A stretch of 4,503 nt of DNA from a virus: UHGV virus genome UHGV-1974775. The stretch is one strand, 5' to 3'. A program made the translations under genes and the position numbers. This document shows, piece by piece, positions 1 through 4,270 of the stretch (positions are counted from its first letter, which is position 1; each line of letters begins with the position of its first letter). The notes under the pieces are model-generated. The model ran no database searches. It was not told the origin of the DNA and saw only the letters and a list, made by a program, of their open reading frames with translations.

Positions 1-617
1 AAAAAATCGTAGCCAATTCCTGGCCTGTTACTCATAGCTGAAAACTCGGGTAGGCGATGTCCATAATGCTCCTCTGAACGGGAACCGGTGACTTTTTTAA
101 CACAGTATCGCGCCACATATGCAGCCGACTCAAAGCTAAAGCCAGCAATAACAGAAAAGCCAAAAGTCCAGCATCTTTCAAGAAGCGAAGACCTAAATAA
201 ATTAAATCTTCCAGCTTTATGCAGTGTCTTATCCGGAAAATCATATCCAAAAATAATCGCATGATAATGCGGTCGCTCTAATTTAGAGCCATATTCACCA
301 CAGCCGAAAAAACGAATTGAAATATCATCAACAGACAAAGCCTTACGCAAACGCTTCATAAAATCGGTGAAATGTTTACGAACGAGAGTTCCGCCTTCGG
401 GTAAATTCTCAGGCGAATAAGTCAGGGTGATAAAACAATTGTGATCGTGCATGTGGGCTTCATGAACACAGCGGGTCGCCCAGTCACGAGAATGGGCAAG
501 ACGGCAACCGATGCACTGACCGCAAGGCAACTGAATGAATTTAGCGCCACGTGACGGCGTGAAAAAAATCTTCCCCGATGGCATCTGGTACGCGTTTAAC
601 GGACGGGTACAAGCCAT
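1..617 (-). CDS. VP4: Replication initiation protein (HUH rolling-circle endonuclease), 5' portion (codons 1-205 plus two bases of codon 206); continues at 4257..4503 across the circular junction
   Basis: Hand translation of the minus strand from ATG at 617..615 gives MACTRPLNAYQMPSGKIFFTPSRGAKFIQLPCGQCIGCRLAHSRDWATRCVHEAHMHDHNCFITLTYSPENL...RPHYHAIIFGYDF...SAAYVARYCVKKVTGS...NRPGIGYDF, with no stop before position 1. It carries the three rolling-circle motifs: motif I CFITLTY (417..437), HUH motif PHYHAIIFG (246..272) and the two-tyrosine motif YVARYCVKK (93..119; compare phiX174 gene A YVAKYVNKK). SD GGAGG at 628..624, 6 nt before the ATG. Not in the ORF track because no stop falls inside the window. 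Confidence 0.88.
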   Translation of the reverse strand, partial: MACTRPLNAYQMPSGKIFFTPSRGAKFIQLPCGQCIGCRLAHSRDWATRCVHEAHMHDHNCFITLTYSPENLPEGGTLVRKHFTDFMKRLRKALSVDDISIRFFGCGEYGSKLERPHYHAIIFGYDFPDKTLHKAGRFNLFRSSLLERCWTFGFSVIAGFSFESAAYVARYCVKKVTGSRSEEHYGHRLPEFSAMSNRPGIGYDF

Positions 618-638
618 GACACACCTCCATAATTCACG

Positions 639-660
639 TATGCGCACCTTGGTGCGCATA
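639..660. repeat. Perfect inverted repeat TATGCGCACC-tt-GGTGCGCATA; its right arm is the XerC-binding arm of the dif-like site
   Basis: rc(639..648) = 651..660 exactly (10 nt arms, GC-rich). It would fold into a hairpin in the ssDNA genome and in the rep 5' leader, about 10 nt upstream of the rep SD. Confidence 0.7.
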
Positions 661-678
661 ATGTATATTTAGTTTAAC
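651..678. other. dif-like XerC/XerD recombination site (putative attP for host-Xer-mediated integration)
   Basis: Plus strand GGTGCGCATAA-TGTATA-TTTAGTTTAAC compared with canonical E. coli dif GGTGCGCATAA-TGTATA-TTATGTTAAAT (as I recall it): XerC arm 11/11, central region 6/6, XerD arm 7/11, total 24/28. It lies in the VP8-rep intergenic region. Confidence 0.75.
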
Positions 679-692
679 AAAAACAACGACTT

Positions 693-720
693 ACGATAAT
701 TATCGTAGATCGTTACGATC
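693..720. repeat. Two adjacent palindromes ACGATAATTATCGT (693..706) and GATCGTtACGATC (708..720) sharing the half-site ACGAT/ATCGT; contains two GATC sites (708..711, 717..720)
   Basis: Both palindromes are visible directly in the sequence: four copies of the pentamer ACGAT/ATCGT in alternating orientation within 28 nt, overlapping the candidate rep promoter spacer and -10. Confidence 0.6.
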
Positions 721-731
721 AACTTTGTCAA
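702..731 (-). promoter_or_regulatory. Candidate sigma70-type promoter for rep: -35 TTGACA (731..726), 18-nt spacer, -10 TACGAT (707..702)
   Basis: Minus strand reads TGA(VP8 stop)-TTGACA-aagttgatcgtaacgatc-TACGAT. The -35 is a perfect consensus; the -10 matches TATAAT at 4 of 6 positions including the key T1, A2 and T6. Identified by eye only. Confidence 0.35.
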
Positions 732-851
732 TCAAAGACGAATACCGCCACGCATCGAACGGGCTTTAAAGTTTCGCTTATGCGTCTTTGCGTACTTACG
801 GAACGAACGACGAGAAGAACGCTTGGACATACGACGGCGAGAACGAGCCAT
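732..851 (-). CDS. VP8: Small arginine-rich DNA-binding protein (VP8/J-like), 39 aa
   Basis: Hand translation of minus strand 851..732 gives MARSRRRMSKRSSRRSFRKYAKTHKRNFKARSMRGGIRL, followed by TGA (734..732). About 40% of residues are Arg or Lys (11 R, 5 K in 39 aa). The C-terminal MRGGIRL resembles the C-terminus I recall for the Chlamydia-phage small basic ORF8 protein. ATG is 1 nt after the VP2 stop (TAA 855..853), with GGAGG at 860..856. Absent from the ORF track, probably because it is below the length cutoff. Confidence 0.72.
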   Translation of the reverse strand: MARSRRRMSKRSSRRSFRKYAKTHKRNFKARSMRGGIRL

Positions 852-852
852 A

Positions 853-1635
853 TTACCTCCTAGGGGTTACTCGGAAAAACAGGGGGGAAGAATCCCCCCT
901 TTGGTTTACGGACTTAGCACTATTAGAATCGCGAAAGCCAAAGCCATCAAGACCTGAAATACGACGTAACCAACTACCAATCGCATTACCTTGTCCGACA
1001 AACCCTTTCCCTTGAGAGTCATAATTAACCTTAAGTGATTGAGCACCAGTCGGTGTATTCAAATAATCAGCCAGAACCTTGTCCTGAACAGTTTGATACT
1101 GTGTTCTAATCCGCTGCGCAGAACTGAGGCCTGTCTGTGCTTCAATATTGGCACGACGAGAAGCCTCGGTCAAAACCTGCTGATTAATCAGATTCGACTG
1201 CGATCGCATGTTATCGGCACTCTGGATAGCCTGGTCAGCCTGAGCCGTTTTAAGACGCACATCAGCCGCGCTATTCGCAATCTGGTTACGTTGTAACGCA
1301 ATCTGAGACTCAATGCCTTCACGGGCAACCTTTTGCTGCTCACGCTTCGTCAGAGCGTCGAACGCGGCAACGGCAGAGTTAACCGCACCAGAATAATCGG
1401 CAGGGGCAGCCTGCTGAATACCGGAAGAACTGACGGAACCAAGACCACCGGAACCATTAACGGCCAGAATCGGGTTAAGACCTGCTTTTCGCAAATCCTG
1501 TACGCGGTACTGCATACCGTTTTTGGCCAAATCCATCGTTAACTTGTTCGCCTGAGCGGCGTTCTGCTGGGCAGAGTGGGCACCAAGAAGAGAACCGGCA
1601 ACGGAACCTACAGCACCTGCAATTGCTCCCCACAT
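853..1635 (-). CDS. VP2: Minor capsid / DNA pilot protein
   Basis: 260-aa ORF immediately downstream of VP1 on the same strand. It has a Gly/Ala/Ser-rich N-terminus, the motif YRVQDLRKAGLNPILAV (the AGLNP motif recalled from Microviridae pilot proteins) and a Gln/Ala-rich central region that looks coiled-coil-like. SD GAGGTG lies 5 nt upstream of the ATG at 1635. Confidence 0.78.
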   Translation of the reverse strand: MWGAIAGAVGSVAGSLLGAHSAQQNAAQANKLTMDLAKNGMQYRVQDLRKAGLNPILAVNGSGGLGSVSSSGIQQAAPADYSGAVNSAVAAFDALTKREQQKVAREGIESQIALQRNQIANSAADVRLKTAQADQAIQSADNMRSQSNLINQQVLTEASRRANIEAQTGLSSAQRIRTQYQTVQDKVLADYLNTPTGAQSLKVNYDSQGKGFVGQGNAIGSWLRRISGLDGFGFRDSNSAKSVNQRGDSSPLFFRVTPRR

Positions 1636-1649
1636 AATTTCACCTCATG

Positions 1650-1672
1650 AAAAAAAGGCCTCCGAAGAGGCC
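1650..1672 (-). terminator. Rho-independent terminator/attenuator between VP1 and VP2
   Basis: On the minus-strand transcript, 13 nt after the VP1 stop (TAA 1688..1686): GGCCUC-UUCG-GAGGCC (6-bp GC-rich stem 1657..1662/1667..1672 with a UUCG tetraloop) followed directly by seven U (1656..1650). The VP2 SD and ATG follow 14 nt later. Confidence 0.6.
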
Positions 1673-1685
1673 AAAGAGTTGGGTT

Positions 1686-3365
1686 TTAAAAATGGTCAAT
1701 AAGACCGGGTACTGAATAAACTGGCATAGGCCGCACACATTTCAGGTCAAAGAATGCATCCAGAATGAACTGAGGCTCGTCCTGAACGGCCAGAACACGA
1801 CTCATCGGTGGATTCTCTTCGATGAACTCCTGATTCAATGCGGGCAGAGAGTCGAACCGCTGGGCTAAATGCCACACATCGAGGGATTGCGGGTCTGTGG
1901 AACGTAATTTACCAGTAATCTGGGATGGACGATAGCGGTACTCCGCGTAACGTTCCTGATAGCCAAAGACTTCATCATCTTTAGCGTTGCCTTGCGCATA
2001 AATCTCCTTGTTAAGAATAGCCTGTTCGCCCAGGTGGGCCAGTGCAGGCCAGTAGAAATCAAAGCGGGTCTGACGGGAGAACATGCGCGGGATGCCTTGC
2101 TGATAGGTCAAATCTGCACGGACAGATACAAGACCAATGACAAAACAGTGCTCCACAAAAGAATGTGAAAAACCACGGTTAACACCACCGGAAACACCAT
2201 AAGCTGCGAGGTTACCTTGTGGGCTGGCATCGGTAGTCGCAGAGTTCTGAAGAACGGGATTGATATTTATATCGAACGAACCAGAGCCAAGATACTCAGG
2301 ACGCTGAACACGGGCATCAGGAGAAATGACGCCAAAATGACTGCGAATAATCTCAATGTATCGCGTACCACCGCGAGCATCACGCTCAAGCAGGCGCTGA
2401 AGCTGGAACGCCTGACGCAATGAGTTAATCGTGAGATTGTCAACAACTTCACCACCTGTCTTTTCCAAAGTAACCGGAGGTTTGCCCGGAAGGAAACCGG
2501 AAATAACGTCATAACGTCCCTGAACAGGAGATTCAGGCCAGTTAATACCATTCTGAAGGCCACCGCTCAAATAGAGACCTGTATCGGCGTCAAGACCACT
2601 ACGGGCAATATAGCCCGTACCAGCAACAGTCTGGCCGCCGGCGCCATAAGACTGCGTAAAGAACGCTAAACCATCCGGATATTCCGGATAATTCAACGAG
2701 TACGACGGCGGAACGCCTAAACCAATCTCAACACCTTCGCCTTTCTGAGGCCACGGAAGGGCACTTGTGAAGTAATCATGACGCTTGGCACGCTTACGCA
2801 GCGGGAAATTTGCGAGACCTGTTTCCGTCTCATCGCCAAGCGGAAGCGGGGCGGAATTAATCAGGTTTTCGTCACGATACCACTCGTTATAAATCAGGTT
2901 ATAAGCGCGGAACGGCAGGGCGCTTACGCTGATACCTTCGACACCTGTAGGAACACCAAAATAATCGGCAAGAGAGCCAACAGGGAAACCGCCAGCAGGG
3001 GCTGTAATCTGCGGAATCAAATAATCCGTAGAATCACCAGGGTTCTTCTGTTCTCCGTTGAATTTCTGCCAGTTATCCCAGACGAGGCGATAAGGTACAG
3101 AAAAATACTGAATATCCAGACGTAGATTATCCATGAAAGGAACCACGGGCGTGGAAAGACGCGCGAGAACACTCGTTTTAAGGTGGAACGTATCACCCGG
3201 CAAAGCCTCATCCAGAAACACGGGAATCAAATAACCAGCGTCAAAGGTGGTTTTATAACCAGAACTACGGTTAAAGACCGAACGCTGAATATTAGCACTC
3301 GGGATTACTGAAAAATTATGCTGACTTTTTGCATTACTAGGTACTTTACGACCGAATTTACTCAT
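1686..3365 (-). CDS. VP1: Major capsid protein
   Basis: 559-aa ORF. The N-terminal region (SVIPSANIQRSVFNRSSGYKTTFDAGYLIPVF...LARLSTPVVPFMDNLRLDIQYFSVPYRLVWDNWQKFNGEQKNPGDSTDYL...YFTSALPWPQKG) matches the conserved pattern of gokushovirus VP1 as I recall it from Chlamydia-phage-type capsid proteins. ATG at 3365 preceded by a G-rich SD (GAGGGGGG). It is the largest ORF and fills 37% of the genome. Confidence 0.95.
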   Translation of the reverse strand: MSKFGRKVPSNAKSQHNFSVIPSANIQRSVFNRSSGYKTTFDAGYLIPVFLDEALPGDTFHLKTSVLARLSTPVVPFMDNLRLDIQYFSVPYRLVWDNWQKFNGEQKNPGDSTDYLIPQITAPAGGFPVGSLADYFGVPTGVEGISVSALPFRAYNLIYNEWYRDENLINSAPLPLGDETETGLANFPLRKRAKRHDYFTSALPWPQKGEGVEIGLGVPPSYSLNYPEYPDGLAFFTQSYGAGGQTVAGTGYIARSGLDADTGLYLSGGLQNGINWPESPVQGRYDVISGFLPGKPPVTLEKTGGEVVDNLTINSLRQAFQLQRLLERDARGGTRYIEIIRSHFGVISPDARVQRPEYLGSGSFDININPVLQNSATTDASPQGNLAAYGVSGGVNRGFSHSFVEHCFVIGLVSVRADLTYQQGIPRMFSRQTRFDFYWPALAHLGEQAILNKEIYAQGNAKDDEVFGYQERYAEYRYRPSQITGKLRSTDPQSLDVWHLAQRFDSLPALNQEFIEENPPMSRVLAVQDEPQFILDAFFDLKCVRPMPVYSVPGLIDHF

Positions 3366-3392
3366 AAACCCCCCTCAGGGAATTGTTTAAAT

Positions 3393-3421
3393 ACTATACA
3401 AACCACTGTATAAACTGACAC
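3393..3421 (-). promoter_or_regulatory. Weak candidate promoter upstream of VP1: -35 GTGTCA (3421..3416), 17-nt spacer, -10 TATAGT (3398..3393)
   Basis: By-eye match on the minus strand: -35 matches TTGACA at 4/6 and -10 matches TATAAT at 5/6, with a 17-nt spacer; about 28 nt upstream of the VP1 ATG. Confidence 0.25.
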
Positions 3422-3465
3422 CTTTTTACAGGCTTCGTGGGAGCCGCCTGTAAGTTTCGGTGTCA

Positions 3466-3502
3466 CCTGGCACAGTTACATCAAGTAGGGCACTGTGCCA
3501 GG
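3466..3502. repeat. Perfect 11-bp inverted repeat (stem-loop) in the VP3-VP1 intergenic region
   Basis: CCTGGCACAGT (3466..3476) pairs with ACTGTGCCAGG (3492..3502); loop of 15 nt (3477..3491). Located 9 nt downstream of the VP3 stop on the coding strand, with no U-run after it. Confidence 0.65.
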
Positions 3503-3510
3503 CTGCAGGG

Positions 3511-4020
3511 TCAGGAGCCGTCTGCAGGTTTCGCGGGTTCAGAACCCGCATTTGATGCTTTATTCACATCAGCACCGGAACGCTCCCGCGGGGACGCCGG
3601 AGCAGGTTCCGACTCGCGAACCTTCGGTTCGGTCGCCGAAACCTCTCCGCCGCTCAACAATCCAAGCTCACGGGCTTTATCCCAGTTCGCCGGATCACTC
3701 ATGAATTCAACGTACTGTTTAACGTTATTACCAAACATCGCGCGAGTAGCGGACGGCAGGCTATTAAAGTCGTCGTTAACGTCGTCAATTAAAGCCATTG
3801 CGTCCACATAATCGGTAATCGCGGATGCATCGTAAAATTCAGCACGTTGAGTACTGGTAAACACGGTCGTGTCTCCCGTTCTTATCGCACGCTCAACAAT
3901 CTTATTGATGTCGCACTCATCGCGGAAATGCTGCTGGGTCATCGTGGGTTCTTTGAACTCGATGCCGGGCGACGGTGGCGGGTCATAGCGGGTATGGAAC
4001 TTACGCTTCGATGTACGCAT
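3511..4020 (-). CDS. VP3: Internal scaffolding protein
   Basis: 169-aa ORF with motifs I recognise from gokushovirus VP3 proteins: FRDECDINKIV near the N-terminus and RAMFGNNVKQYVEFMSDPANWDKARELGL later. ATG at 4020 with AAGGA 8 nt upstream. The C-terminal ~45 aa form a Pro/Ser/Ala/Glu-rich low-complexity tail. Confidence 0.8.
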   Translation of the reverse strand: MRTSKRKFHTRYDPPPSPGIEFKEPTMTQQHFRDECDINKIVERAIRTGDTTVFTSTQRAEFYDASAITDYVDAMALIDDVNDDFNSLPSATRAMFGNNVKQYVEFMSDPANWDKARELGLLSGGEVSATEPKVRESEPAPASPRERSGADVNKASNAGSEPAKPADGS

Positions 4021-4270
4021 TTTCAGAATCCTTCAGAAAGGCCGGAGTAGCTTCACAAACATAAACACGGTCAACGCTGACCGGAATAAGCTGTTCACCC
4101 TCAAAATCAAACGAAGTTACGCGATACAACGCAAAATCAGTACGCTGCATGCGGTTACAAAACGCATGCAATTGACCTTTCGCAATACCATCATGCTGAG
4201 CCATAAACATATAAACATCAGCATTAATCAGCTTGTCGTGAAATACATAAACTGCATCAGAGTGAGCCAT
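4001..4270 (-). CDS. Hypothetical 89-aa protein at the position occupied by VP5 in gokushoviruses (between rep and scaffold genes)
   Basis: ATG at 4270..4268 preceded by SD GAGGA with a 9-nt spacer (rc of 4271..4290 = aatgatGAGGAaattagaaa). The start overlaps the rep stop by 14 nt and the 3' end overlaps the VP3 start by 20 nt, a compact arrangement typical of Microviridae. I do not recognise the sequence itself, so the call is positional. Confidence 0.5.
   Translation of the reverse strand: MAHSDAVYVFHDKLINADVYMFMAQHDGIAKGQLHAFCNRMQRTDFALYRVTSFDFEGEQLIPVSVDRVYVCEATPAFLKDSENAYIEA

Noticed and set aside
32-262. Minus-strand 76-aa ORF from the track
   Set aside because: Lies inside rep in a different frame. 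The rep frame carries the conserved HUH motifs, so this is an incidental alternate-frame ORF.
621-650. Possible second dif-like site in the opposite orientation using the inverted XerC-arm copy (rc of 638..648)
   Set aside because: The inverted arm copy matches the XerC arm at 10/11, but the adjacent 6 nt (rc of 632..637 = GTGAAT) do not resemble the dif central region and no XerD-like arm follows. It was treated as one arm of a hairpin, not a second recombination site.
788-1015. Plus-strand 75-aa ORF from the track
   Set aside because: Lies entirely antisense to the VP8-like ORF and the 3' end of VP2, with no SD, so it is most likely a chance open frame opposite real genes.
1039-1542. Plus-strand ORFs 1039..1296 (85 aa) and 1333..1542 (69 aa)
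   Set aside because: Both are antisense within VP2, and all recognisable genes are on the other strand. No supporting signals.
1865-2563. Minus-strand alternate-frame ORFs inside VP1 (1865..2062, 65 aa; 2267..2563, 98 aa)
   Set aside because: The 98-aa ORF starts with GTG (positions 2563..2561 are rc of cac) and neither has an SD. The hydrophobic C-terminus of the 98-aa frame is intriguing, but without conservation data it cannot be separated from chance. Only the ATG-initiated 3017..3211 frame was kept as a low-interest lead.
2217-3125. Plus-strand ORFs 2217..2423 (68 aa) and 2778..3125 (115 aa)
   Set aside because: Antisense inside the major capsid gene, with basic, low-complexity translations typical of antisense frames.
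3533-3549. Plus-strand terminator-like hairpin (GCGGGTTCaGAACCCGC followed by ATTTGATGCTTTATT)
   Set aside because: It would act only on plus-strand (antisense) transcripts, and no plus-strand genes are credible. The palindrome itself is noted under the VP3 tail finding.
3437-4050. Plus-strand ORFs 3437..3811 (124 aa), 3495..3704 (69 aa) and 3847..4050 (67 aa)
   Set aside because: Antisense to VP3 and the intergenic hairpin region. Their Ala/Gly/Ser/Arg-rich translations reflect the GC-rich coding strand opposite, not independent genes.
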